64,000 nt of DNA, from positions 1,184,001-1,248,000 of the forward strand of contig CBDFLJ010000001.1 of the NCBI GenBank assembly GCA_965248835.1, written 5' to 3'. This DNA comes from Alphaproteobacteria bacterium. GTDB lineage: Bacteria > Pseudomonadota > Alphaproteobacteria > MPNO01. A program made the translations under genes and the position numbers. Positions 39,184 to 52,444 of this stretch are shown here, in pieces. Below the pieces are notes generated by a model, which was not told the DNA's origin, did no database searches, and worked only from the letters and a program-made list of their open reading frames with translations. Positions within the stretch are counted from its first letter, which is position 1. Each line of letters opens with the position of its first letter.

Positions 39184-40259
39184 AGATCGCGCCGGCGGCC
39201 GCGGACCGGTTCGTCGCCAGCCCGCCGCAAGACCTGCGCGCATGCCTGTTCTACGGTCCGGACGGCGGCCTGGTTCGCGAGCGGGCAACGGCGCTCGCCC
39301 GTCAGCGCGTCGAGGATTTGAGCGATCCCTTCAGGGTCTCCGCGCTCGCCGGAACCGCGATCGCCGAGGCGCCGGGCTGGCTGGCCGACGAGGCGGCGAT
39401 GCTCTCGCTCACCGGCGAGACCCGGGTGGTGCGGGCCGATGGCGTGGGCGAGTCAGCGCATGCGGCAGTCGAGATCCTGTTCTCGCGCCCCGAGGCGAGC
39501 ACGCTCGTGGTGTTGGAGGCCGGCGAGCTTCCGCCGCGCTCGAAGCTGCGCAAGCTCTTCGAGGACGCGCCCGATGCTGCGGCGATCGCGTGCTACGCCG
39601 ATGACGCCGCAACGCTGGAGGCGGTGATCCGCGCGACGATGGACGAGGCGGGGCTGGCGATCTCCGCCGATGCGACGGCCTTCCTGTGCGAGCGTCTCGG
39701 CGCCGACCGCAAGCTGACGCGCTCGGAGCTCGAAAAGCTGGTGCTCTACGCCCAGGACGCCGGCAGGGTGACGCTGGAGGATGCGGCGCTGTGCTGCGGC
39801 GACAACGCGATCCTCACGCTCGACGATCTGTGCGACGCCGCAGCGACCGGCGACCTTGCTTCGGTGGCCGCCGGGCTCGACCGCCTGTTGGAGGAGGGCG
39901 TCAACCCGGTCACCATCCTGCGCGCGGCCCAGCGCCATTTGCAGCGCATCCAGGTCACGGCCGCGCGCGCGGCCGCCGGCACCTCGGCAGATCAGGCGAT
40001 GAAGGCGCTGCGCCCAGCGGTGTTTTTCAAGCGCGCCCCTTCGTTCCGGCAGGCCCTGCTTCTGTGGACGCCGGGCCGGGCCGGCAGCGCGCTCGGCCAC
40101 CTGTGCGAGGCCGAGGCGACCTGTAAGTCGGGCACGGCCCCGCCCGACCCGGTGTGCGCCAATGCCTTGATGTCCGTCGCCAGGGCCGCGGCCGATGCGC
40201 AGCGCCGGCCCGCGGGAAACCGGCCGGCAACGGCCTTGAACATTGCGTCAGGAACGTGA
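39180..40259 (+). CDS. holA: DNA polymerase III delta subunit
   Basis: LFYGPD.GL..E, SKLR..FE, ELEKL.LY; synteny. Confidence 0.9.
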   Translation: MKIAPAAADRFVASPPQDLRACLFYGPDGGLVRERATALARQRVEDLSDPFRVSALAGTAIAEAPGWLADEAAMLSLTGETRVVRADGVGESAHAAVEILFSRPEASTLVVLEAGELPPRSKLRKLFEDAPDAAAIACYADDAATLEAVIRATMDEAGLAISADATAFLCERLGADRKLTRSELEKLVLYAQDAGRVTLEDAALCCGDNAILTLDDLCDAAATGDLASVAAGLDRLLEEGVNPVTILRAAQRHLQRIQVTAARAAAGTSADQAMKALRPAVFFKRAPSFRQALLLWTPGRAGSALGHLCEAEATCKSGTAPPDPVCANALMSVARAAADAQRRPAGNRPATALNIASGT

Positions 40260-41141
40260 GGGCGGGCGAATCGAGCCCAGGTGCTGCAGCACGTAATCGA
40301 GCTGATCCTGTGTCTTGTATTGGATCACCAGCGCGCCGCCGTTGCCGCTTGGGTTGATCGCGACCTTCAGCCCCAGCGTCTGCGACAGGTCGTGCTCCAA
40401 CGCCGTGATTTCGGGATCGCGCGCCGGTGCCCGGCGACTCTCGCCGGCCGCGCCCGCGCGCGCCCTCTGGACCAGCCTCTCGGTCTGGCGGACGTTGAGC
40501 CCGCGGCGCACGACCCGCTTGGCAAGCGTTTCGGGGTTCTCGGCGTTGAGCAGCGCGCGGGCGTGGCCGGCGCTGAGCGCACCCTTGGCCAGCAGCGCCC
40601 GCACCCCGTCGGGAAGCTGCAGCAGGCGCAGGGTGTTGGCGACATGGCTGCGGCTCTTGCCGACGACCCGGGCGAGCGCCTCCTGGGTGTGGGCGAACTC
40701 GTCCATCAGCCGACGGTAGCCCTGCGCCTCCTCGAGCGGCGCAAGGTCCTGGCGCTGGACGTTCTCGATCAGGGCGACCTCGAGCGCCGCCTCGTCGCTC
40801 AGGTCCCGGACAATGATCGGGACTTCGTGGAGCTGGGCGCGCTGTGCCGCACGCCAGCGACGCTCGCCGGCGACGATCTCGTAGCGGCCGGCATCAGTTG
40901 GAGCGCGCCGGACGATCAGCGGCTGCAGGATGCCGCGGACGCGCACCGATTCGACCAGGCCCGCCATGGTCTCCTCGTCGAACGCGCGCCGCGGCTGGTA
41001 GGGGCTCGGCTTGAGGAACTCGATCGGCACGAGCCTCGGGCGGTCCCCGCCGGCAGGCGATTGCGCCGCCCCCGGCTCCTCGCCGAACAGCGCCGACAGG
41101 CCGCGCCCGAGCTGGCGGCCGCGCCCGTCTTCCCCGCTCAT
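40248..41141 (-). CDS. parB: chromosome partitioning protein ParB
   Basis: [39 protein letters not shown]. Confidence 0.95.
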   Translation of the reverse strand: MSGEDGRGRQLGRGLSALFGEEPGAAQSPAGGDRPRLVPIEFLKPSPYQPRRAFDEETMAGLVESVRVRGILQPLIVRRAPTDAGRYEIVAGERRWRAAQRAQLHEVPIIVRDLSDEAALEVALIENVQRQDLAPLEEAQGYRRLMDEFAHTQEALARVVGKSRSHVANTLRLLQLPDGVRALLAKGALSAGHARALLNAENPETLAKRVVRRGLNVRQTERLVQRARAGAAGESRRAPARDPEITALEHDLSQTLGLKVAINPSGNGGALVIQYKTQDQLDYVLQHLGSIRPPSRS

Positions 41142-41971
41142 GCGTCGAGGCCCTGCTCGCGCCGCAGGATCTCGCCGGCGAGATGCATATAGGCCTGCGC
41201 GCCCGAGCAACGGTGGTCGTAGAGCAGCACCGGCATGCCGTGCGAGGGCGCCTCGGAAACCCTGACGTTGCGCGGGATGACGGTGCTGTAGACCTTGTCG
41301 CCGAAAAAGCTCCGCACGTCCTCGGCAACAAGGGTGCTGAGCCTGTTGCGCACATCGAACATCGTCAGCACGATCCCCTGGATCTGCAATCCTGGGTTGA
41401 AATTCGTCTGCACCCGCTCGACCGTTCGGATGAGCTGCCTCAGGCCTTCGAGTGCGAAGAACTCGCATTGCAACGGCACCAGGATCCGGGTCGCCGCGGT
41501 CATGGCGTTGAGCGTCAGCAGGCCGAGCGCCGGCGGGCAGTCGATCAGGATATAGTCGTAGTCCGCGGAAACCGGCCGCAGCATCGTGTGCAATCGGAAC
41601 TCCCGCCGCTCGGTCTCGATCAACTCGACCTCGGCACCCGACAGGTCGATGGTCGAAGGCACGATCGACAGGCCGGGGATTCCGGTCTGCTGGCTGACCG
41701 CGGCGACCTGGGCGCCGTTGATCAAGACGTCGTAGGCGCCGATCCGCCGCTGCGACGGCGCGATTCCGAGCCCGGTCGAGGCGTTGCCCTGGGGATCGAG
41801 ATCGAAGACCAGGACCTGCTTGTTCACCGCGGCCAGAGCGGTCGCGAGATTGATCGCCGTGGTGGTCTTGCCGACGCCGCCCTTCTGGTTGGCGACGGCG
41901 ATGATCTGCGGCCCCGCCGGACCGGCCGCCGGGGTGGCGTGCGGCGGCGCGCTCTCCGAGGGTTGCTGCAT
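41138..41971 (-). CDS. parA: chromosome partitioning ATPase ParA
   Basis: NQKGGVGKTT, DLDPQGNAS, IDCPP, IPRNVR.SEAPS. Confidence 0.95.
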   Translation of the reverse strand: MQQPSESAPPHATPAAGPAGPQIIAVANQKGGVGKTTTAINLATALAAVNKQVLVFDLDPQGNASTGLGIAPSQRRIGAYDVLINGAQVAAVSQQTGIPGLSIVPSTIDLSGAEVELIETERREFRLHTMLRPVSADYDYILIDCPPALGLLTLNAMTAATRILVPLQCEFFALEGLRQLIRTVERVQTNFNPGLQIQGIVLTMFDVRNRLSTLVAEDVRSFFGDKVYSTVIPRNVRVSEAPSHGMPVLLYDHRCSGAQAYMHLAGEILRREQGLDA

Positions 41972-41993
41972 GCGATCACCGTTGGTTGGCGGG

Positions 41994-42647
41994 TCACTGC
42001 GCCCTCTTGATATCGGAAAGGATCAAGATTCGTGCGGTCGACTCGGTCACACTGGGCGCGTGGTGCCCCGACATATGCCACGAATCCGCCGAATCCGTCA
42101 ATTCCCGCCGCCAGCGTGCACCTTTTTGGAAGATACAGAGCGGCGCGCGGTCCGGCGCCGCGGCAAGGAACGGCGCGGCGTAGTCCAGCAGGCGCGCCAG
42201 CGGCGCCAGCGCCCGCGCCGTCAGCACATCGGTCGGCCACGGCGCAAGGTCCTCGATGCGCCCGCGATGGACCGCCACCGGCGCGTCGGTCAGGCGGGCT
42301 GCCTCGGCGAGGAAGGCCGCCTTGGCGGCATCGGATTCGATCAGGTCGGTCTCCAGCCCGGTCATGATCGCCAGCACCAGGCCCGGCAGGCCGGCGCCGC
42401 TGCCGAGATCGGTGAGGCGCCGGGCGCCGGGCGGGATGTGCGCCGCGATCTGTCCGCAATCGAGGATATGGCGGCGCCACACATCGCCCACGGTGCCGGC
42501 GCCGATCAGGTTCCGGCGCCGCTGCCAATGAAGCAGCACCGCGACATAGGCCTCCAGCCGGTCGCGTGTTTCACGTGAAACCGCGAGGGCGGCGGCGCAG
42601 GCGGCCGCGGACAGCGGCTCCTTATGCTGTTTCCCGCGCGGGCTCAC
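41994..42647 (-). CDS. rsmG: 16S rRNA m7G527 methyltransferase
   Basis: [24 protein letters not shown]; start uncertain (GTG 42647). Confidence 0.9.
   Translation of the reverse strand: MSPRGKQHKEPLSAAACAAALAVSRETRDRLEAYVAVLLHWQRRRNLIGAGTVGDVWRRHILDCGQIAAHIPPGARRLTDLGSGAGLPGLVLAIMTGLETDLIESDAAKAAFLAEAARLTDAPVAVHRGRIEDLAPWPTDVLTARALAPLARLLDYAAPFLAAAPDRAPLCIFQKGARWRRELTDSADSWHMSGHHAPSVTESTARILILSDIKRAQ
42567..42582. promoter_or_regulatory. parS site within rsmG
   Basis: TGTTTCACGTGAAACC, 15/16 match to the consensus palindrome. Confidence 0.9.
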
Positions 42648-44526
42648 GTTTGACGAAGCGCAGGAGTGCGGTGACCGCCGCCGGAGTGATGCCCGGGACC
42701 CGCGAGGCGGCGCCGATGGTGGCGGGTCGGGCGCGGTCGAGCTTTTCGGAGACCTCGCGGGACAGGCCGCCGATCCCACGGTAATCGAGGTTCGCCGGGA
42801 GACGAAGCCGCTCGTCGCGCCGGAACATCGCGATATCGGCGCTCTGGCGGTCGAGATAGACGGCGTAGCGGCAATCGATCGCAATCTGCCGGGCGATCGC
42901 TTCATCGAGCGCGCCGAGCGCCGGCCACACGCGCACGAGCCGCGCCATGTCGATGTCGGGATATCCCAACAGGCAGGCGGCGGTGCGCGCCTGCCCATCC
43001 TGGGCGACCGGGAGGCCGTACCGGCCAAGCGTGGTGGGGCTCGCCGTCAGAAGCTCGCACAGCGTCCGGGCGGCGGCCAGCTTCCGGCTTTTTTCCGCGA
43101 ACCGGCGGGTGCGCTCGGCGCCGATGCAGCCGAGCGCGACGCCTCTCGGCGTCAGCCGCTGGTCGGCGTTGTCCGCGCGCAACGACAGCCGGTACTCGGC
43201 CCGCGAGGTGAACATGCGATAGGGCTCTTGCGTCCCGCGGGTGACCAGGTCGTCGATCATCACGCCGATATAGGCCTCGGCCCGGTCGAGCACGAAGCCC
43301 TCGGCACGCCCCGAGGCGATGAGGGCCGCGTTGAGCCCGGCGATCAGCCCCTGCCCGGCGGCCTCCTCATAGCCCGTGGTGCCGTTGATCTGCCCGGCGT
43401 GAAACAGCCGCGGCACGCGCCGCGTCTGCAGGCTCGGCTCCAGCTCGCGCGGATCGACATAGTCATACTCGATCGCGTAGCCCGGCCGCAGGATCGCGCA
43501 CCGTTCGAGCCCCGGTATCGCGTGAACCATCTCGTCCTGGATTTCGGCCGGCAGGGACGTCGAGATGCCGTTGGGATAGACCGTGTGATCGTCGAGGCCC
43601 TCGGGCTCGAGAAAGATTTGGTGGCGTTCGCGGTCGGCGAACCGGACCACCTTGTCCTCGATCGAGGGGCAATAGCGCGGCCCCCGGCTTTCGATCTGCC
43701 CGGAATAGATCGGCGAGCGGTGGAGATTGGCGCGGATCGCCGCGTGGACCGAAGGGGTGGTCCAGGTGATGTGGCAATCGATCTGCGGCACGGTGATCCG
43801 TTCGGTCATGGTCGAGAACGGGACCGGCGGATCGTCGCCCGGCTGGCGTTCGAGGCCCGGCCAGTCGATGGTGCGGCCGTCGAGTCGGGGCGGTGTGCCG
43901 GTCTTGAGCCGGCCGAGCGAGAAGCCCAGCGCATCGAGCGTGCCGGCAAGTGCGGTCGCGGGCGCCTCGCCGACGCGGCCGGCCGGCGTCGTGTGCTCGC
44001 CAATATGGATCAGCCCGCGCAGGAAGGTCCCGGTGGTCAGCACCACCGCGCCGGCGCGGATCGCCTCGCCGGTCTCGGTCAGGACGCCGGCGGCGCACCC
44101 GGCCTCGTCGATGATGATGTCGCGGACCGCGGCGGCGCGGCGCTCCAGGTTCGGCTGGCCGGCCAGGATCTGCTGCATCGCGGCGCGATAGAGCGCGCGG
44201 TCAGCCTGGGCGCGCGGGCCCTGGACCGCCGGGCCCTTGCGCCGGTTGAGCATGCGGAACTGGATGCCGGCGCGGTCGATCGCCCGGCCCATCACGCCGT
44301 CGAGCGCATCGATCTCGCGCACCAGATGACCCTTGCCGAGCCCGCCGATCGCGGGATTGCACGACATCTCGCCGATGGTCTCCAGCCGGTGGGTGGCGAG
44401 CAACGTGCGCGCGCCGAGGCGGGCCGCGGCACACGCGGCCTCGCAGCCCGCATGGCCGCCTCCGACGACGATCACATCATAATCCGACACGGCCGGGACC
44501 TTAGGAACCAGGCGGCGATTTGTCAT
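42622..44526 (-). CDS. mnmG: tRNA uridine-5-carboxymethylaminomethyl synthesis enzyme MnmG
   Basis: [40 protein letters not shown]; start 44526 or GTG 44490. Confidence 0.96.
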   Translation of the reverse strand: MTNRRLVPKVPAVSDYDVIVVGGGHAGCEAACAAARLGARTLLATHRLETIGEMSCNPAIGGLGKGHLVREIDALDGVMGRAIDRAGIQFRMLNRRKGPAVQGPRAQADRALYRAAMQQILAGQPNLERRAAAVRDIIIDEAGCAAGVLTETGEAIRAGAVVLTTGTFLRGLIHIGEHTTPAGRVGEAPATALAGTLDALGFSLGRLKTGTPPRLDGRTIDWPGLERQPGDDPPVPFSTMTERITVPQIDCHITWTTPSVHAAIRANLHRSPIYSGQIESRGPRYCPSIEDKVVRFADRERHQIFLEPEGLDDHTVYPNGISTSLPAEIQDEMVHAIPGLERCAILRPGYAIEYDYVDPRELEPSLQTRRVPRLFHAGQINGTTGYEEAAGQGLIAGLNAALIASGRAEGFVLDRAEAYIGVMIDDLVTRGTQEPYRMFTSRAEYRLSLRADNADQRLTPRGVALGCIGAERTRRFAEKSRKLAAARTLCELLTASPTTLGRYGLPVAQDGQARTAACLLGYPDIDMARLVRVWPALGALDEAIARQIAIDCRYAVYLDRQSADIAMFRRDERLRLPANLDYRGIGGLSREVSEKLDRARPATIGAASRVPGITPAAVTALLRFVKREPARETA

Positions 44527-44549
44527 CGGAAATCTGGCGCGGGCGCGGA

Positions 44550-44565
44550 TGTTTCACGTGAAACA
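44550..44565. promoter_or_regulatory. parS site between mnmE and mnmG
   Basis: Perfect palindrome TGTTTCACGTGAAACA. Confidence 0.95.
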
Positions 44566-44575
44566 CAGCGCCTGG

Positions 44576-45925
44576 CTATTTGCCGATGCAGAAATCGCGA
44601 AACACCGCGTCGAGCACGTCCTCGACATCGACTCGCCCGGTGATCCGACCGAGCGCGTGCAGCGCGGTGCGCAAATCCTCGGCGACCAGCGCGACCTCGC
44701 TGGCCGATTCGGCGCGGGCGAGGCTCTCCCGGCAGGCCTCCAGCGCCAGACGATGGCGCATCCGGGTCGGGCCGGGATCAGTTCCGAGCGCCGCCTTGGC
44801 CGCAACCGCTGCGCCCAGCGCCTCGACCAGACGGCCGAGCCCCTCGCCCGTACGCACCGAGATCGGCAGCACCGGCCTGCCGCCGATCGACGTTCCGCCG
44901 GGCACCGGCGCCAAATCAATCTTGTTTGCCGCCACGATCACATCCTCGCCCGGCATCGGACCGGGCGCCTCCAGCACCGCGGCATCGACCAGGACAAGCC
45001 GGATGTCGGCGGCTTCAGCGCGGGCGCGGGCGCGGGCCACGCCTTCGGCCTCGACCTCGCTGCCGGGCGCGCGCAGCCCAGCGGTATCGGCGAGGATCGC
45101 CGGATAGCCGCCGAGATCCATATGGACCTCGACAACGTCGCGAGTGGTGCCGGCATGGGGCGAGACGATCGCCGCGTCGCGCCCGGCCAAGTAGTTGAGA
45201 AGACTGGATTTTCCGACATTCGGTAGGCCCAGGATGGCAATCGAGACGCCATCGCGCAGCCGTTCTGCGCGGCCTCCGTCGGCGAGATGGCTCTCGATCG
45301 CGGCGCCGAGGCGGTCGATTTGGCTGGCGATGGTGCGCGCGAGATCGGCCGGCAAATCCTCGTCGGGGAAATCGATCGCCGCCTCGACATGGGCCAGCGT
45401 CCCGGTCAGGGCGGCCCGCCAGCCGTCATAGAGCGCAGCCAGCGCGCCGCCGGCCTGGCGCTGGGCCTGGCGCCGTTGCGCCTCGGTCTGGGCATCGATC
45501 AAATCGGCGATCGCTTCGACCTGCGTCAGATCGAGCTTGCCGGCGAGGAAGGCGCGGCGGGTGAACTCGCCGGGCAGCGCCGGCGCGAGGCCGTCGAGCC
45601 GGCCGAGCGCGAGGCCGACGGAGTCGATCACCGCCGGGCCGCCATGGACGTGGAGTTCGGCCATGTCCTCGCCGGTATAGCTGTTGGGCGCGGGGAACCA
45701 GATCGCGATCGCCTCGTCCAGGGCCTCCTGGGTCGCGGGATCGCGCAGGCGCGCACGAACGGCCCGGCGAGGCGCCGGTGCCGCGATCCCGGCGATCTGG
45801 GCAAGGCTTGCCCGCGCGTGCGGCCCGGAGACCCGGAAGACCGCGATCGCCGCGCGGCCCGGCGCCGAGGACAGCGCGAATATGGTCGGTGTCCGGTTCA
45901 CGACCGGGACGCGGCGGCTTGCCAT
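44576..45925 (-). CDS. mnmE: tRNA modification GTPase MnmE
   Basis: SYTGED..E...[29 protein letters not shown]-terminus. Confidence 0.95.
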   Translation of the reverse strand: MASRRVPVVNRTPTIFALSSAPGRAAIAVFRVSGPHARASLAQIAGIAAPAPRRAVRARLRDPATQEALDEAIAIWFPAPNSYTGEDMAELHVHGGPAVIDSVGLALGRLDGLAPALPGEFTRRAFLAGKLDLTQVEAIADLIDAQTEAQRRQAQRQAGGALAALYDGWRAALTGTLAHVEAAIDFPDEDLPADLARTIASQIDRLGAAIESHLADGGRAERLRDGVSIAILGLPNVGKSSLLNYLAGRDAAIVSPHAGTTRDVVEVHMDLGGYPAILADTAGLRAPGSEVEAEGVARARARAEAADIRLVLVDAAVLEAPGPMPGEDVIVAANKIDLAPVPGGTSIGGRPVLPISVRTGEGLGRLVEALGAAVAAKAALGTDPGPTRMRHRLALEACRESLARAESASEVALVAEDLRTALHALGRITGRVDVEDVLDAVFRDFCIGK

Positions 45926-45979
45926 CGCCCTGTGCGCGGCGGCACACTGGCGCATCGCTCACCCAGGCGGATCCTGCCC

Positions 45980-48003
<2,024 letters not shown>

Positions 48004-48007
<4 letters not shown>

Positions 48008-48477
48008 CGGTGCCGGCCCGCACGATCGCCTCGCCGATCGGAAACCTGACCATCGTGGCCGAGGATGCGGCGCTCACCGTGCTCGATTGGCGCCATCCAT
48101 GGCGGTCGGCCGAGGATCCGCTGCTCGACCGGGCCGAGGAACAGCTCAACGCCTATTTCGCCGGCGACCTCGATGACTTCGATCTGCCGCTGGCACCCCG
48201 CGGCAGCGCCCACGCGTGCGCCGTCTGGCAGGCGATGCGCGCCATCCCGGCCGGCCGGACGCTGAGCTACGGCGCAATCGCGCGCGCGATCGGCTCGAGC
48301 CCGCGGGCGGTCGGCGGCGCCTGCGGCCGCAACCCGATCCCGGTGATCATCCCCTGCCACCGCGTCATCGGCGCGGACGGCGCGCTGGGCGGCTATTCCG
48401 GCGCCGGCGGGGCGCAGACCAAGCGCTTTCTGCTGTCCCACGAAGGCGCGGCTAGAATGACCGGCCGGCTGATCTGA
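48004..48477 (+). CDS. ogt: methylated-DNA--protein-cysteine methyltransferase
   Basis: SYG.IA, RAVG.AC..NP, PCHRV active site; start TTG 48004 or GTG 48010. Confidence 0.88.
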
Positions 48478-48480
48478 GGC

Positions 48481-49370
48481 CTATCCGGACGGGGCGCTGC
48501 CCGCCTCCTCGCGCAGCAACTGGGCGACCCAGCGTTGGCCTGGGCGACGCCCTTGTCCACGCCCCAGCGGATCGGCCGCGCCGGGGCCGGCGCACGGTCG
48601 ATCAACGCCTGTTGCGGCTCGATCACCGCGACATCCTCATCGAAGGTGGCCTTTTTGGCGTGGTACATCCATTCGGTCAGCGCGTCGTCTTCGAGATCGG
48701 TGTTGCGCACCAGCGACCAGAAATAGTGGGTCGTCCGCTCGGTCTCGGGGGTGAGCGCGTTCAAGACCCGCATCTCGACGGCCCGGTTGCCGCCCTGGGC
48801 GCGGCCGGCGACGTGCAGTCCGATGACGATGTTGCCGGGTGGGGTGTAGACGATTTCCTGACGGTGGTCGACATTGCCCTCGAAGCCGCCGAGGCGGGCA
48901 AAGAACGGCGAGGGCGCGATATCCCGCATGTCGCGCAGCACGGTCAGGCGTTCGCCGTCGAAATCGGTCTCGATCGGGAATTCGATCACCCCTTCGGTGG
49001 CGAGCGTCCGCTGGTGCACGTAATGGGCGGGGGTGAGATCGAGCAGGTTGTCGCGGAGCAGCCTGTAATGCGCCTTGACGTGCAGCGTCTCGCCCTTGCC
49101 GGTCCAGCCGGGGTCCGCCTTCCAGTGGTAGTCGGGCAGCGGCTCCTTGCCGGCGCGCTCGGGCGCCCCGAGCCACACGAACACCCAGCCCCAGCGCTCG
49201 CACGTTGGATAGGCGCGGGTGCAGGCTCCGGGCGGGACACGCGCCGCGCCCGGCACCGCCACGCAATCGCCGCGCGCGTCGAAGCGCAGCCCGTGATCGC
49301 CGCATTCGATGACATCGCCGACCATCCGGCCGAGCGACAGCGGTGCGTCGCGGTGCGGGCGAACTCGCGG
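48481..49370 (-). pseudogene. decayed VanA-like Rieske oxygenase/O-demethylase
   Basis: Rieske motif damaged (RPHR, CGDHG), DNLLDLTPAHYVH lacks the first His, N-terminus absent, frameshift near 48535. Confidence 0.78.
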
Positions 49371-49485
49371 GCGGTCCGGCCGATGCCCTGCCCGGCGCCG
49401 GTTCCCCGCACCCCACACGGCCTCTAACATGGCGCCTGACACGGGGTCGGATCCGGCGCCCGCCGATTGCCCGGGGAGTTTCCAC

Positions 49486-50547
49486 ATGCGCATCCTGCGG
49501 ACCGGTCTGACCCATTCCGACGAGGCTAGGGCAACGCCCGGCTTCACGCTGTTCTCGCCGCTGTGGGGCCACGAGACATACATCCTCGACATGCGCGGCG
49601 AGGTGGTGCATCGCTGGGACCTGCCGGCCGGGCTCGGCGGCTACGCGCGGCTGATGCCCAACGGCAACCTGTTCGTGTCCGTCAACACGCCGACGGGGCC
49701 GCGGTTTGGCGGCGGCGCGCAGGGCGGTCGCCTGCTGGAGCTCGACTGGGACGGCAAGGTGGTCAACGCGTTCGTCGACGACTTCCAGCACCACGATTGC
49801 TGGCGGCTGGCCAACGGCCACACGGTCTACGCCGCCTGGGAGGACATGCCCGAAGAGCACGCCGCGCGCGTGCGGGGCGGCCAGCCCGGCACCAGGCCGC
49901 CCGAGGGCATGTATTCCGACGTGGTCCGCGAGGTCGACGCGGCCGGCAACCTGGTCTTCGAGTGGCACGCCTACGACATGGAGATCGAGAAATACGAGAT
50001 GAGCCCGATGAGCCCGCTCAGGGTCTGGGCGTGGTGCAACACCACCTTCCCGCTGGCCAACGGCGATATCCTGATCAGCCTGCGCCAGATCAGTACCTGC
50101 GCGATCATCGACCGCCGGACCGGCGCGTTCCGCTGGGAGAAGACCGATCCCTCCTGGGGCGGGCAGCACGATCCGCAGATCCTGCCCAACGGCAACATGA
50201 TCTTGTTCGCCAACGGCTGGAGCACCTATGAGCCCCACCCTTATTCCCGGGTGATCGAGTTCGACCCCGAGACCGGCGAGGAGGTCTGGGTCTACAAGGA
50301 GGTCCCGGGCCGCAATTTCTACTCCCACCACATCAGCGGCCAGGAACGGCTGTGGACCGGCAATACGCTGATCTGCGAAGGGCTGTGGGGGCGGCTCTTC
50401 GAGGTCACGCCGCAGGGCGAGCTGGTCTGGGAATACATCTCCCCCTTCGAGAACCCGGCCTACCAGGGCGAGGACGTCAACTGGATCTTCCGCGCGTTCC
50501 GCTATGCCGAGGACTCGCCTGAGATCGCCGGCCGGCTGACGCTATAG
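49486..50547 (+). CDS. aryl-sulfate sulfotransferase (ASST)-like beta-propeller
   Basis: GFTLF.P, ELDWDG, QHHD, ISLR, GQHD, GNTLICEG; RBS GGGAG. Confidence 0.8.
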   Translation: MRILRTGLTHSDEARATPGFTLFSPLWGHETYILDMRGEVVHRWDLPAGLGGYARLMPNGNLFVSVNTPTGPRFGGGAQGGRLLELDWDGKVVNAFVDDFQHHDCWRLANGHTVYAAWEDMPEEHAARVRGGQPGTRPPEGMYSDVVREVDAAGNLVFEWHAYDMEIEKYEMSPMSPLRVWAWCNTTFPLANGDILISLRQISTCAIIDRRTGAFRWEKTDPSWGGQHDPQILPNGNMILFANGWSTYEPHPYSRVIEFDPETGEEVWVYKEVPGRNFYSHHISGQERLWTGNTLICEGLWGRLFEVTPQGELVWEYISPFENPAYQGEDVNWIFRAFRYAEDSPEIAGRLTL

Positions 50548-50695
50548 CCGCCGGCGGCCCCATCCGGGGTCGGGGAGGAAAAGCGCGGCCGGGGCTCGGT
50601 TGACGGCGCCTCCCTCCGAGACCCGGGTGACACCCCGCGAGCGCGCGGCTATGGTGCGGCGCGACCGCTCCGAACGGGACTGAGGGAGAGCAAGC

Positions 50696-51391
50696 ATGCC
50701 CGATATCACCATCAAGGCGCATGACGGCGGCACGTTCGGCGCCTATCTCGCGACACCGGCCGCGGGATCCGGCCCGGGCCTCGTGGTGATCCAGGAGATC
50801 TTCGGAGTCAACCGCGTGATGCGCGATCTGTGCGACGGGTTCGCGGCGGCGGGCTACATCGCCTGCTGCCCCGACCTGTTCTGGCGCCAGGAGCCCGGCG
50901 TCCAGCTCACCGACAAGTCCCAGGAGGAATGGGACAAGGCCTTCGGCTACCTCCAGGGCTTCGACTACGACAACGGGGTGGCCGACCTGGCGACGACCAT
51001 CGGCCATGTAAGGGGCCTGGACGGGTGTTCGGGCAAGGTCGGCACGGTGGGCTACTGCCTGGGCGGCAGCCTCGCCTACATGACCGCCTGCTTCACCGAT
51101 TCCGATGCCTCGGTGGGCTACTACCCGGTGCAGATCGAAGGCCACATGGACAAGGCGGCCAACGCCGGAAAGCCGGCAATGATCCACATCGCGGCGCTCG
51201 ACGGCTTCTGCCCGCCGGAGGCCCAGGCCCAGATCGTCGAGGGGCTGGGCGCCAACGACCTGTTCACCGTCCACACCTACCCGGACGTCGATCACGCCTT
51301 CGCGCGCATCGGCGGCGAGCATTACGACAAGGCGGCGGCCGATCTGGCAAACGGAAGAACGGCGGATTTTTTCAAAGCCAATCTGAGCTAA
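50696..51391 (+). CDS. dienelactone hydrolase family protein
   Basis: QEIFGVN, PDLFWR, GYCLGG nucleophile, HAF. Confidence 0.9.
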   Translation: MPDITIKAHDGGTFGAYLATPAAGSGPGLVVIQEIFGVNRVMRDLCDGFAAAGYIACCPDLFWRQEPGVQLTDKSQEEWDKAFGYLQGFDYDNGVADLATTIGHVRGLDGCSGKVGTVGYCLGGSLAYMTACFTDSDASVGYYPVQIEGHMDKAANAGKPAMIHIAALDGFCPPEAQAQIVEGLGANDLFTVHTYPDVDHAFARIGGEHYDKAAADLANGRTADFFKANLS

Positions 51392-51441
51392 CCCCGGCCT
51401 GCGTTTCCCGCACCCCGTAGACGGCGCCCAGGAGGTTCCCC

Positions 51442-52416
51442 ATGCCCAAAGCCATCCAGATCGACAAGCCGGGCCCGGCCTCGGCGATGAAGTGGCGCGA
51501 GGTCGCGGTCGGCAAACCCAAGACCGGCGAGGTATTGGTGCGCCACGGCGCCGTCGGGCTCAACTACATCGATGTCTATCACCGGGTCGGGCTCTATTCG
51601 CTGCCGTTGCCGCTGACGCTCGGCATGGAGGCCGCGGGCACGGTCGAAGCGCTGGGCCGCGGGGTCGAGGACCTCAAGGTGGGCGACCGGGTGGCCTACG
51701 CCTCGGCGCCGCTGGGGGCCTATTCGGAGGCGCGGCTGATCCCCGCCGACCGGGTGGTCAAGATCCCCAGGGCGATCAGCGATCAGACCGCCGCGGCGAT
51801 GATGCTGCAGGGCATGACCGTCCAGTACCTGCTGCGCGAGACCTACAGGGTCAAGAAGGGCGATACGATCCTGATCCACGCCGCGGCCGGCGGCGTCGGG
51901 CTGATCCTCTGCCAATGGGCGAAACATCTCGGGGCGACCGTCATCGGCACCGTCGGCACCAGGAAAAAAGCCGACCTGGCGGCCGCCCACGGCTGCGACC
52001 ACCCGATCGTCTATACCACGCAGAACTTCGTCAACCGGGTCAGGAAGATCACCAAGGGCGAAGGCGTGCCGGTGGTCTATGATTCGATCGGCAAGGACAC
52101 CTTTCCCGCCTCGCTCGACTGCCTGCGCCCGCGCGGGCTGTTCGTGAGCTTCGGCAACGCCTCGGGCCAGATCGCGGCCTTCGATGCCAACCTCCTGGCC
52201 GCCAAAGGCTCGCTCTACATGACCCGGCCGTCGCTGCCGCACTACACCGGCACCCGAGAGGATTTGGTGAAGTCCGCCGGCGAGCTGATCAGGGTGGTCA
52301 GATCCGGCGCGGTCAAGATCGAGGTCAATCAGACCTACGCGCTCAAGGACGCCGCCAAGGCCCACCGCGACCTCGAGGGCCGCAAGACGACCGGATCGAG
52401 CGTCCTGATCCCCTAG
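51442..52416 (+). CDS. qor: NADPH:quinone oxidoreductase
   Basis: GLNYIDVY.R.G.Y, HAAAGGVG, FGNASG, R.TTGS. Confidence 0.9.
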   Translation: MPKAIQIDKPGPASAMKWREVAVGKPKTGEVLVRHGAVGLNYIDVYHRVGLYSLPLPLTLGMEAAGTVEALGRGVEDLKVGDRVAYASAPLGAYSEARLIPADRVVKIPRAISDQTAAAMMLQGMTVQYLLRETYRVKKGDTILIHAAAGGVGLILCQWAKHLGATVIGTVGTRKKADLAAAHGCDHPIVYTTQNFVNRVRKITKGEGVPVVYDSIGKDTFPASLDCLRPRGLFVSFGNASGQIAAFDANLLAAKGSLYMTRPSLPHYTGTREDLVKSAGELIRVVRSGAVKIEVNQTYALKDAAKAHRDLEGRKTTGSSVLIP

Positions 52417-52444
52417 CCGGTGCCGGCCGCGTCGGGCAGGCCGG

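Noticed and set aside
43391-43406. Possible third parS (TGCCCGGCGTGAAACA)
   Set aside because: Only a half-site; five mismatches to the consensus.
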